64,000 bases of DNA, from the NCBI RefSeq assembly GCF_037042905.1, contig NC_087247.1, positions 62,620,001-62,684,000 on the forward strand, in the 5' to 3' direction. Of the stretch, positions 40,001 to 51,086 are shown one piece after another. The notes under the pieces are model-generated. The model saw only the letters and a program-made list of their open reading frames with translations, had not been told where the DNA came from and searched no databases. Numbering within the stretch: the first letter of the stretch is position 1; each line of letters opens with the position of its first letter. Made by a program: the position numbers and the translations under genes. The DNA is from Lytechinus pictus. Lineage: Eukaryota.

Positions 40001-43000
40001 AGATATAGAAAGTTATTATGTGTACATCACAGCACAGTGCCAGTCATGGAAAGTTCATTGACCTTTGACCTTATTCCAATTTGACTCATATTCGAACTTG
40101 ACCTGTGCCTTCAGGAGATGGACCTCTGTTATGAATTTGGTGATCCCACCTCGAAGCTATAGAAAGTTATTGGGTGTACAAAGTTATTATGTGTACAACA
40201 CAGCACAGTGCCAGTCATGGAAAGTTCTTTGACCTTTGACCTTATTCCAATTTGACTCATATTCGAACTTGACCTGTGCCTTCAGGAGATGGACCTCTGG
40301 TATGAATTTGGTGATCCCACCTCGAAGCTATAGAAAGTTATTGGGTGTACAACACAATTGTTGACGACGACGACACTGACGCCGGAAATAGTGATACCTA
40401 TGTCTCGCTCCGCTACGCAGGCGAGACAAAAATAATAAAAATTGATCGATAATTTCAGTACCACTTCTGTGGCGATCCGTGCAACGATCTCCAAACGAAG
40501 GAAGGTAAGTTTTCTGTGACTTCGTGAAATGAAGTAAGCGCTCAATTACGGCGGTCACAACTTTGACAAAAACACGTGTTTGCTGCTGCTCACGTCTATG
40601 TGAAAAATAAAACATTGAGGAGCAGCGTATTATCAAGCATGGTGAATAGTGATGGGTACGGAAATAAAAGGAAAGGGAAGGCTTGTACCCATCCACAATG
40701 CACGCACCGAATTGTCGCCAATTCAATGGCCCAGCTTTTTGTTTCAGTTCTTGCTAGTCCCCCAGTGTTGGATCGTACTGTGTCTGCACGCAGCTCGGAA
40801 TGGCAGTGCAGAATAAGAAAACAGTCCCGAGCAAAGATTCCCTTATTCCATACATTTTTCTATAGTTACAATATTATATTTAGGCCTATCTCTAAAAATT
40901 TCAGAATAAGATCCCTGAATTTGTTTGTTTTAAACCTCACCATGATGGAACAAAGAAATTGATTAAAACATGCATCGCTATAATTAAGAAAGGTAATCTC
41001 TCTAATGCTCATTTTCTTAAGTGGAGGTTTATTTTTGGAACATTCTCTGTCTATACTCTTTATGCACTGTTGATGTTCTTTGACTACTTTTGGTCGTAAC
41101 TCTCATGATTTATTTGTATTTTTTGTTGACTATGTTGTTATATTTTCAATAAATACTTAATTGAAAAAAATAAAGTCGCTCAAGCACGTACAAGATATAT
41201 CACTGCCAATGAATATATCAAGCTAGTATCAACCTGTCTGTGAGTTTAACTGCTACTGAAACAATATTTTGTTTGCTTACAGGCGGGGTTGTCCCTAGAT
41301 GTGTCTTATTCTGTTTCTGCTTTTATTGGGGGGGGGGGGCAGTTTAATGAGCTAAGTCTGATAGCCGAAGTATGTGTACACTCCTGAACATTTGATAATT
41401 GCATTTTGAATATATTATTTATTTACTTACTTAGGGGTTTGGTAAAGTGTCATGTACGTAATATTAAGGACATAAGGGGCATTAACCCGTTTTGAATAGG
41501 GGGGGAAAATAATTTTTTAATTTAAAAAAAATTGGTGCCCGCACAACCTTTTCACGCAAAGCAGGCCCAAAATATGGACAATTTTTTCGCTTTTTTTCCA
41601 AACATATTTGCATAGCATTTTGGTCTATATGAATAATTTTGAAAATGTAAAAATCAATCATAATCATATATGATAAGGACCCTCGGAAAGATTTTTAGTA
41701 GAGGTGCTGAAGTGCACTTGACATGACAAGCAAAAAAAAAAGGTTCACTACAAAATGAAGGTGATTTTGGTCCCGAGAAATTTGACAAGCAAAAAAAAAA
41801 GTAATTTTGCTTACATTTCTCAATTTTTCAACACCTACCGGAATACCTGGGGGTACTGCCTATATGGAGAATAATGACACACATGCACCTCCAGGAAAAT
41901 CTTGAGGGTGCTGAAGCATCCCCGTTATCCCCGCTTCCCAGGGCCATGCTAATTTGTATACGATAAAACGTCTGACAAGTGCTTTTATGAAATGCTACCG
42001 ATCTTAAATTCAACATAACAGCCAAGTAGGCCTGTAGTGAGAAAACTATAACCTTTACTTTAGCCACAACCCAGTGGCTGATCTACCCCAACCCCTTAAT
42101 TGGGCTGCCAAGTAAAAAAAAAAAAAAAAAAAAAGTAATGACCTATTTTGGATCCTTGATTTTATGGTAAATTTTTTTTTAGTTTGCTTGTAATTCGGTA
42201 CCAAAATAACCTTCATTTGGATAATCAGGGCTATTTGTTCCTCTTAAACATCGCCAGTCCACCCTCATTATCTTCCCTTCTCTCTTCCTGCTGTTTTTAA
42301 AGCATGTTCATAATTTTTTTTTCTCTCTCTGTAACAAATTGATGATACTAATGAGTTAAATTAAAGTATTTTCCCTTCATGTTCTCATCTTTATTTTGTC
42401 TTGTGTGCGTCTCTAATCTGCAATTTCGATATTACCATTTTTTATATCTATTGAATCAAAATATTGTACTATTGTATAATTTGTGTTTTCTTACTTGTCG
42501 AATATTAAAATGCAGGCCCTTTATATTTTGCAAGATGAAAATAAACCAAACTGAAACACGAACACTTTCTGCAGTATGCGGGACTACACTTTTTTTCAGT
42601 TTTTCCAAATGACATTCTAGAAAATTTGTCTCATTTACAGAAAAGTTGAGTATTTAACACCTAATGTGAAGTCTTTCCACATCATTTCCGTTGTATATTA
42701 ATGCAGTTAAATGCAAAATAAACAGATATACTTCTGTTTCGTGTAAACTATTTCATGCAGCAAATGACATGAAATCGCACTCATTCGCATTGCAGATGAA
42801 CGCTAAAGGGACTAGCAAGATGACGGAAGTCACGTGACTACGTACGATCGCGGGCAACACTTCTTCACGCACGATCAGCTTTCCCCTTCCTTTTATTTCC
42901 GTATGCATGTTACGCTCGCTTGACGCTAGCGAGCTGCATATATGGAGAAGTCTATCAAATGATCGTCGGGCTAGGATCCAGCACTGACGTATTTCTGCTG

Positions 43001-44036
43001 CCGCTCAGCTCGCAGGCATTCTTTCTTAATTCAATGCGCTGTTAAGCTGAATAAACCTTTTAATTGCGCCAATTACTGTGGATAAATGCTTCTAACTTTT
43101 CAGGTAAGCTTTACACTCGTGACTTGAGGCTAGACCCCTTTTTATTTCATGTTTACTTGTATATCGATGTGGGTGCGTGCCCCGGGGGGGGGGGGGGGCA
43201 CTCAGTATATAATGCATAGTGGGTATGTGCCGCGGAGGGGACCCCCATTTTTACACTCAAATTTCCATTCCAGTACATAGCATTTTCATCTTATTGAGAA
43301 AAATAACTAAGAAAGCCGCTCCGAAGCATAGCATTTTCTCCTTATCGAGAGAAAAGAAATCCGCTCCAAACTTCCAAAGCTTCGCATATTTTTCGTTACG
43401 CCGTTCCGGTCGTATTGATCCGCCACAATGAGCTGCAATTTTGGTGAAAAGCGGCCGCAGAGCGCTGTCCAACCATCACCTCTGCACGAGCGCACCCGGC
43501 ACCCGTGCTGCTGGGCTAGCTGCATACACGTATGCATGCTCCATAGGGATGCACACGCAGGCGACCAGTTCCAAGGACCCCCGTTTTCACAAACATTTGT
43601 AGTTCCGAAGCCCGTTCCTCGGACCCTCCTTTTTACAATAAGTCCGCTCCAAGACCCCCGGTTTTTGTCTCGCCCGCAGCACATACCTACCACGTTTTTG
43701 GTCGAGTACCCCCCCCCCCCCCCGGGTGCGTGCATGTCGACATGTCGGAAACATTGAAAATCCTTCGTTATGTTGACATCAATGTCGATTTGAGGCCTAT
43801 CGACAACAGCACTAACATGTAGTAAATGCAGATGCACAGGGCTTTCTGGTTTAATGCCCATTGCCATCAATCAATATTCTCCCCATTCATTTAAGTTTTA
43901 ACACAGGTTTTAACCTCCAAAAATCAAAAGTTATAATGTACATGAACAATATAACAATATAACTTTTTGAAGAGAGGTCATGTGGTACCAATCTAGCCAA
44001 TCACAGCTCGTATTTTACAACCACTATTTACTATAT

Positions 44037-44068
<32 letters not shown>

Positions 44069-47000
44069 AGCCGATATTATGACTAATTTAGTCTCAAAGA
44101 GTAGGCCTACAGTGGATTTATTTTTCTGACTATGCAATTGGGAATTGCACACTCAAAATTTGATGGAATAAAACCATATTTTGGTATTATTCAACTTTTC
44201 CTACCTAATCTTTTTGATTTTATTATTAATATTATACAAATAATGCATGCAGCCGAGTGCGTTAGTGGAAATGCAGAGCACGCGAGGTTTCTTTAGATAG
44301 GTGCCGCACTGTGCACAAGCCACTGGCGGCGAGTGCCCAGTGTGCACCATCTGAAGAAACCGAGCTTTCTCTGCATTTACTTTTACGCACGACAGAGCAA
44401 GTGCATTATTTGTTTTATAAAATAGCAACACAGAAACAAATTCTTGAAAAGTTACAGTACAGTTTTGTTGGACTTCTCACAAGACTTCTACCGCACTGGT
44501 TTGCTTGAGTGTGCAATGTCAATTTTCGTTGCGCACCTTTTGCACTGCTGTGCAGTGCACCAAAAAAGTTGGATGTCATGTGATGCGTATTGGCCAATCG
44601 CGATGCTTGAAATAATACACCTATTTTATAATATTACTTATTCAGCATTTCAAAACAAAAAAAGAAATTGCAGAGCTAGCTAACGGCCCCCTTTTCGATC
44701 CCAGAATGTATTGCAGTTCTGATTAGCGATTATGAAATCAACATTGAGCCAAAATACAGCTGTTCCCGATCACTCACACGTATTGCGAGGTTAGTATTCT
44801 ATACAAACCTCGCACCGTGTACGTGATTACAGTATGGATTTTAGAGTTGTCGGTAAACATCGCTTCATAACACGAATGTTAGCCAAAACTCATTCCGTTA
44901 CTCACCAGGGCTTTTTCTGGTGAAAAGTGTTCCATTTTCAATTTTATTCATTGTATGCACAATTCCACCCATGGCTACATCTCTGCCGCCGACTACAGAA
45001 TAATTGAAGGCACGGCGCATTCACCAAATAACGTTATTTTCCGAAAAATGAATACGAGGACTTACAGAATGAAGTCCTCCTACGAAACTTACCAAACGAT
45101 GTGAAGTCAATTCCTCATAATTTGATGAATATCCCTCAAAATGCGTCATTTAAGCGTTGATTTTTCTTCTCGTTGACAAAATACGAAAGTCACCTTTCTA
45201 GCTCTCAAATTTTTCGTCTAATGAGCGACAGAGGGCGCGCGATTTATCTTCATATCAAAGACACTACAAGGGAAAGACTAGACACAAAAATTATCTTACA
45301 TGTAAATCGATGCAAAGTCGGCAAAGTGTTCAATCTTTTTACAGTAAAGACTTTGGTGGAACGTTAATTGACAAACGAACGGTAGCACTTGCGGGCTTTG
45401 TTCAAGGTACATAGAATTTTCTATATTTTTTGTTTAATTTGTCATCGTTTTGAATATTTTCCAAAAAGTATTATCGTCAGCAAAAATAATAAAAAAGTAC
45501 GTTTTTTAAGTTATTGCATTTATTGGGGTCTCTATTTTATCAAACAATTATTGGAATTGCGCATACAACGAATCATGAATCTAGTTAAAAAAAAACCACC
45601 AAGCTGAATTAAGGTTGTGAACTGTATTAGCGCCACCAACGATCTCCTTTTTATTTCCGTGGAAGAGACGTGTGAAGCCACTTTCCAGGCGGAGGTAAGC
45701 GATTTTGCTCTTTTTTGTGTCCTTTTAAATTAAAAAAATATGTTAAAAATTGAAAATGGAACGCTTTATACCATAAAAAGCCCTGGTGAGTAGCGGAATG
45801 GGATTCGGCTAACATCATTCACGTTATGAAGCGATGTTAACGACAACTCTAAAATCCACTACAAAAACACGATGGTTGTGCGAGGTTCGTATAGAATATA
45901 AACCTCGCAATAGTGTGAGTGGCACAATTCTAATGATTGTTTGATAAAATAGAGACACCAATAAATGCAATAACTTAAAAAACATACTTTTTATATTATT
46001 TTTGCTGACGATAATACTTTTTAGAAAATATTCAAAGCGATGACAAATTAAACAAAAAATATAGAAAATTCTACGTACCTTCAACGAAGCCCCGTAAGTG
46101 CTACCGTTCATTTGTCAATTAACGTTCCACCAACAGTAGAGGCGCACGGCCAATATGGGAGACTCTCTCCAATAGGGGAGACAATCTCCCACATTGGAGA
46201 CTTGCTTTGCAAAAGGACAAAAGAAACAACACCAACAAAAGCATGATTTTTTCCACGTTAAATTTTGTATCACTGAGGTCAGAAGCCCATTTGTTTTGTG
46301 TGTGATTGACAACAAAATTCCTTATCAAAACAAAAGTAGACGGTAAATTTTTAAAGTAGAAGGTGAAAAGGGGTAATTTTTCATGAGGAATCTGCTTATC
46401 ACATTTTTATTTGCCGCCAAGGTAATCCTTTTGCAGCAAATGTAAACAAAGGAAATTGGTCTCCAAAACTGGAGACTGTCTCTGAAATTGGATACCCAAA
46501 TTCTTTACAAAAGTCTCTGATATTGGAGATAATCTCCCACAATGGAGACAGTCTCCAATATTGGCCTTGCACCTCTACTGACCAAAGTCTTTACAGTAAA
46601 AAGATTGGACATTTTGCCAACTTCGCGTAAAGCTTTGCATCGATTTCCGTGTTAAATAGTTTTTGTGCCTAGTCTTTCCCTTGTAGTGTCTTTGATATTA
46701 AGATAAATCGCGCGCCCTCGGCCCACTTTAGCTCATTGACATTAGTAGTATGGCAGTGTATCCTATTGCCGGACACCTTTATTTCAGTGCTTTAAAAATG
46801 ACAACTAGAGGAAATACAATCAAGAAAAATTCACACTTGCTATTCCAAATATTCTGAAAATCATGAATATGGTAAAATTATTTTATATTTACCAACCATT
46901 TTCTTTGCATCGCACTTGCCGCATACCCCTCCACGAAAAACAGTTATTTTCGTGCGTGACAAATTACATCATGATTCCGGACGCGCGCCGGACAGGTAAA

Positions 47001-48292
47001 GATATTCTTGATTATAATGATGTTAGAACAAGTTTGTGTGATTTTTTCTTCTTATATCATATCATGAGTAAATTCTAAGTTTTTGTTTGCTGTTTTTATA
47101 TCGATTCTGAGCAGATGTTGGTAATAAATTCGTGTTTGATAACTTATTTTATTTTTTCTTGTTAGCTGCATGTTTCATTGAACTTTCCAATATTATGCTC
47201 GTTCGTATCGTGACGCTCATCAAGTTCTATCGATGCGCTGCCGATCGTCGACGACTATACTCACGGTAAACCTCGCGCACGGGTACCTTGAGAACTAGCC
47301 GTCGACGATCACCCACAATACACCACACCTCATCATTCGATCGAAGGAGCGGACGAGATTGAAATTCGGCAGATCAGACCCATATTTCCGTTAGAAAATA
47401 TATCAATTGTTAATGCAAAACTATGTTATTTGATATTTCAAGCATTTTCTGTCATTTTAGAGATAAATAAGGTAAAAGTTGGATTTTTTCGCCTTGTTTG
47501 CAATCCTGTTCTATGTATTGCTCTGTGAAATTGAATTGCGGAAGTCTTACGGTACGAAATTGTTTTCGAACGCAGTAATATGCGCGTCCGGAATCATAAT
47601 AGTGTCCGGTAATACAAAGTCAATACGTGACTATATTATTAGACGAAAAATTTGGGAGATGGTAGCAGGGTCCGTATTTTGTCAACAAGAAGAAAAAATC
47701 AATGCTATTTGAGGGATATTCATCATATTAGGGGGAATTGACTTCACATCGTTTGGTAAGTTTCTTATAAGTACTTAGTTTTACAATTTTTTGGGGGAAA
47801 TTCGCAGGAGTTTGATTCAATTTTCCTGTAGGCTGTAGTCTTTTGACTTTGTAGACGGCGGCAATAATCATGGACCCATGGGTGGTTCCCGATTGTTTGA
47901 AATATAAAAAAAAAACGGTGGGCATATATTGACCTTGAAAATGAAAAACTTGCTACGAGTATGACATTTGCGAACGATACTAGTGGGGAAATTGGCCCGA
48001 AGTCGGCCGGTGCGAAACTGCATTAGCGCCGAACTTGCCTCGGCTCGAGTACCTATCGGATACTGTACCTCGCGCCACGGTACGGGCAGGCGCAACGGAC
48101 TGCTCCCCACTGCACAGAATTTAGATGAGAGATGGGGTCCTAATGCAGATACACGGCAGACAGGGGCCTCGACTCAAACTTTACCATTTCATCACTCCAT
48201 TCAGGGCAAAATGTGAAAATAACCATGTACATACAACGGAAAATTATATTCAAATAAATACATTACCCTGAAGATGAACGTTTTCCCTCCAT
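30852..48292 (-). CDS. RYBP: RYBP/YAF2-family protein, 149 aa; exons 48267-48292, 36767-36892, 34301-34423, 30852-31026
   Basis: Spliced protein [68 protein letters not shown]...RPRLKNVDRSSAISTQVVVNDVSVIITEYRAK...; RanBP2/NZF finger plus RING1-binding C-terminal motif; all introns GT-AG and phase 2; 450 nt in total. Confidence 0.95.
31941..32050 (+). mobile_element. 5' fragment of the Helentron-associated repeat family seen at 35847
   Basis: ACAAGTGGAA...ATATAGCAGCAGTGCTGACTTTGAAAA shared with 35847-35915. Confidence 0.6.
34301..34423 (-). CDS. RYBP: RYBP/YAF2 coding exon 3
   Basis: [20 protein letters not shown]..., 123 nt, AG/GT flanks, phase 2-2. Confidence 0.95.
34770..35060. mobile_element. 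decayed right half of the 6966-7568 MITE family
   Basis: AAATACAAAAGAAATAGTGAGTG and CATCCAATTTTGATGA shared with the intact copies. Confidence 0.6.
35847..36732 (+). mobile_element. Helentron-associated (HINE-like) non-autonomous element with about 180-bp internal repeats
   Basis: 5' GTCTTGCCTGCA vs 3' TGCAGGCGAGACAAAAA sub-terminal inverted repeat; repeated CCCCAACATGG..AAG..TGACC units; GCC-rich tract near the 3' end. Confidence 0.65.
36767..36892 (-). CDS. RYBP: RYBP/YAF2 coding exon 2 (RanBP2/NZF zinc finger)
   Basis: [29 protein letters not shown], 126 nt, cttgtcAG acceptor and GTAAGA donor. Confidence 0.97.
37478..38078. mobile_element. foldback MITE, Kolobok-like (same family as 6966-7568)
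   Basis: TTAA|AGGTCAAATCCACCC... / ...GGGTGGACTTGTCCT; internal similarity throughout. Confidence 0.8.
38955..40432 (+). mobile_element. Helentron-associated (HINE-like) element carrying a 154-bp satellite
   Basis: Sub-terminal inverted repeat TTGTCTCGCCTGC / GCAGGCGAGACAA, 3' hairpin, (GAC)n tract; 3' end motif shared with 35847-36732. Confidence 0.7.
39041..40355 (+). repeat. 154-bp tandem repeat, about 8.5 units
   Basis: CATGGAAAGTTC at 39121, 39275, 39429, 39583, 39737, 39891, 40045 and 40216 (last interval has a 17-bp duplication). Confidence 0.97.
42820..43108 (+). promoter_or_regulatory. promoter-like CpG-rich cassette (ETS + E-box) followed by a splice donor
   Basis: CGGAAGTCACGTGAC at 42824-42838; CAG|GTAAGC with GT at 43104. 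Confidence 0.4.
43181..43726. mobile_element. CCCGGG/poly-G-ended MITE
   Basis: Ends CCCGGGG(n)CACTC / GAGTAC(C)nGGG; 7-bp TSD TGCGTGC (43174-43180, 43727-43733). Confidence 0.85.
44033..44068. repeat. (TA)n microsatellite
   Basis: Direct read. Confidence 0.9.
46134..46580. mobile_element. MITE with 30-bp imperfect TIR and 5-bp TSD
   Basis: CAGTAGAGGCGCACGGCCAATATGGGAGAC / GTCTCCAATATTGGCCTTGCACCTCTACTG; TSD ACCAA; internal GGAGAC..TCTCC repeats. Confidence 0.88.
46760..47616. mobile_element. degenerate foldback element
   Basis: TATTGCCGGACAC vs GTGTCCGGTAATA and ATGATTCCGGACGCGC vs GCGCGTCCGGAATCAT inverted pairs. Confidence 0.55.
48267..48292 (-). CDS. RYBP: RYBP/YAF2 first coding exon (MEGKRSSS + GG)
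   Basis: ATG...GG|GTAATG, 26 nt, phase 2 fits exon 2; same residue count as YAF2 MGDKKSPTR. Confidence 0.8.
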
Positions 48293-50089
48293 GACCACAA
48301 TTTCTGGGCAAAAATTTTACCCAAATACAACGCTGGCTTCTGATTGAACTTTTGCCTTTTGGTGCTGTTTAACTAGCCTACATTTCAGCACCTGAGCATG
48401 TATTTTTTGTGTGGAAGAGTGCTGTGGGATTCTCGATAAACTGCTCAATAAAAGTTCTATGTTATAAAACGAATGTACATTTTATCATATTTTGGTCATG
48501 AATGGGGATAAGATTATAACTGTTGAACCATATTGACATTGTTTGACAATGTTTGTAATTTCTGTTTTATTCTGTAAATTGTATCCAGCACATGATAAAT
48601 TTACAAATTTTTTTTTTTATGTGTGTGTGTATTTGAGTTTTGTCAGTTTTGTCTTCTTTCCTTGGTCTTGATGGCATCATGGACCTATGATGGCATCCGG
48701 TCAGAATTCGCACAGCTTTTAAAGTGAATTTAATAGCTTCTATTGATTTATTATTTTTTAAAATTAATTCTTGGTTAGGCCTATTCTATTTCAAAACCAA
48801 ATATGTTTTAATTTATATAATATCGGAGAGGCTCGAGGGTGTTGAGAGGAATGGGGGAATGGGAGGGGGGAGGGAGGAGGGGGGGGGGGCGGGGAGGGGT
48901 CTGTAGAAAGGGCATTTGAGCTGCGTCATCCACTAACACGAATTCAAATGTTGTGTGAGTTTCTATTTTTATTGTCATTTTCAGGCAATTTTAAACATGA
49001 AAAACATCTCTGAAATTTAATTATTTTTTTAACGAAAATCTGCTTTTACATGCATATAGTCCTATACATGTCTCTCATTAAAGATGAGAAGATAATAAGC
49101 CTGTTCACGGTTGTAAACTGCGCACGAGCAGAAAAAGGTCATTTGAGATAAACCATGAAGGTGGCTTTCAAATTCACTGACATAGGCATTTGTGATTAGA
49201 TGATTATTCATGTATTCCTTTCAAAATATTCATTTTATCACATCCAAGCTGAAGAGTAATAAATAGAGCCTTCATAATCACTGGTATTTGACAGTAGCCT
49301 AAACAATAGCCAAGATGTGCCAAAGGCAGACAATAAAACAGATTTCCAAACTTTATCCCTGATGTACTATTCTAGTCACCTGGTCTATACAATGCCTTTT
49401 GTTCTTAGAATTTGAATACTCTACCGGTAAAGCTTACGGAACATCTACATTTGAAAATGATAGTGCTTATCCTAATGAAAAATCACAAAGGTCATTTGAG
49501 AAAAGTTGATCATGAGCTAACCGTAAACTGGCTTATTATGAGTCCGGTCGTAGCTATGATCCCACACATTCATGATAAAGGCCTACACACTGGCACACTT
49601 CCTCCACTCCCTGAGTGATATTCCAGCACTGGAAGCTTGAATCGCTAAGTATATATGGGCCTAAAAATAGGCCTACATTGGCTTTCGCAACTATCGGTTA
49701 TAATATACCTATCAAACACCTGTAGGTAAAGATCAGAAAAAAGTGTAACTGGACGTCTAATACTTGTAGGGATTCGAACGTCTGTCTGATTAAAAGTGAT
49801 AGTTACAAAACCTTTTCACCACCATTATCTGTCACGTTTTTACGTTTTATTAGGCCTATAATCTTTTTTTTTTGGGGGGGGGGGTGCGCGCTACTCACAT
49901 TTCTATCATTGTGTCAGAAACATCTGTCAGGAGCCATGATTTATCAACTGGTTTCTGTCCAATCAAATCAGTGATATGCCTATTTACACGATTCAAATAA
50001 ATTATATTGTAAAATGGGCTAAATTCTGAGTGTTATTTTATCCCTGAGTAGCCAGTTAGGAAGCTACCAGCATGCCCCACATAACAGTT

Positions 50090-50220
50090 GTTATTACCAT
50101 TTTCATATTTCAATGCTTCCGCGCCTAGCAAGAAGGCAGAAGGTCCCATCGGCCAGGGATCGATCACATGTCCTCCCGTTCATGAGGTGGGTGCTCTATC
50201 AGTGAACCACCATGCCCGGT
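50090..50220 (-). mobile_element. decayed tRNA-derived SINE fragment
   Basis: Reverse strand reads GGTGGTTCACTGATAGAGCACCCACCTCATGAACGGGAGGACATGTGATCGATCCC (A/B-box-like). Confidence 0.55.
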
Positions 50221-51086
50221 GTTGAACACATGCAGAAATCCTACAACAATTAAAGTACTAATCTTAGTACTAGAGAATATGGTCATCATGGGTGTCCGGG
50301 GGGGGGGGGGGGTGACTGACACAAGTTTTGTTGTCTGTGAATGATTTTTTTTTAGTCACTTAGGGAGGGGGTCAGTAGCTTAGTGATTCTTAAATGTTTA
50401 CGGTGCCAGACATGGCGCAAAGGGAAAAGGATTTATAAAAAAGGTTTAATTTCTACAAAAAGACTATAGGTACAAGATCAATAATGCTATAGCGCGAAGG
50501 GCGAGATGAGATTTAAAAAAAAGACCTGAAAATGAGCAATTTTAAGGAATTCATGTTGGTATTCATGGTTATTTCCCTTTAAGTTAATATACTCTCTTCT
50601 GAAATTCAATTATCGTTTCTTATGTATGTTCCTCACTTATTTCAAATCATGAATCGGGATAAAGAGTATACTATTAAACAAAACTGAAGTGCACATTCAA
50701 AAGGGTGGTATAATAAACGGGGCACCCGCCATGCGCTTGGTTGCAGAGAGGGGTAAATTTAAACAAGATAATGTCTTCTATAAAAACATGAAGATGATCA
50801 TGTTATTCTGTTTCATCCTGGATTTTTTTCTTTCCCCATCTATCTGTTTCTAACAATATCTGGAAGGAATGGTTTCATTCAATAAGAATACAAATCACGA
50901 GATAAAATTGACGGCGGTTTTGCTTAATATAATAATTCTATACATGATCATCATGTACTCTCTCCTTAAGACCTTATGACCATGCTTGTCATATGATGAT
51001 TCATCCTAAATATTGTGATGTTCGACTGTAAATTATTGGGGGGATATTAACACACGTCATTCCCCACCTTAAATAAGGGGGGGGGA

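Larger units (their letters stand above)
38535..43814. mobile_element. 5.28-kb non-autonomous hAT-type element
   Basis: Perfect 14-bp TIR TAGTGCTGTTGTCG / CGACAACAGCACTA; exact 8-bp TSD ACATGTAG (38527-38534, 43815-43822); ATGTCGACAT palindromes in both sub-terminal regions. Confidence 0.88.
44772..47885. repeat. cluster of long interleaved inverted repeats, probably TE-derived
   Basis: 44772-44946 vs 45746-45921; 44965-45562 vs 45921-47885, the latter interrupted by two insertions. Confidence 0.75.

Noticed and set aside
38882-40008. Staggered repeated 83-aa ORFs or a CRISPR-like array
   Set aside because: These are translations of the 154-bp satellite; there are no unique spacers, no cas genes, and the context is eukaryotic.
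40282-40962. Possible transposase remnant inside the hAT element
   Set aside because: No convincing DDE, BED-finger or hAT dimerisation motif in the listed ORFs.
43219-43870. GC-rich ORFs up to 187 aa
   Set aside because: They lie within a MITE and show no domain motifs.
45092-45160. Alternative RYBP first exon (MTHFEGYSSNYEELTSHRL|GTAAG)
   Set aside because: Phase 0 is incompatible with phase-2 exon 2, and it lies within an inverted repeat.
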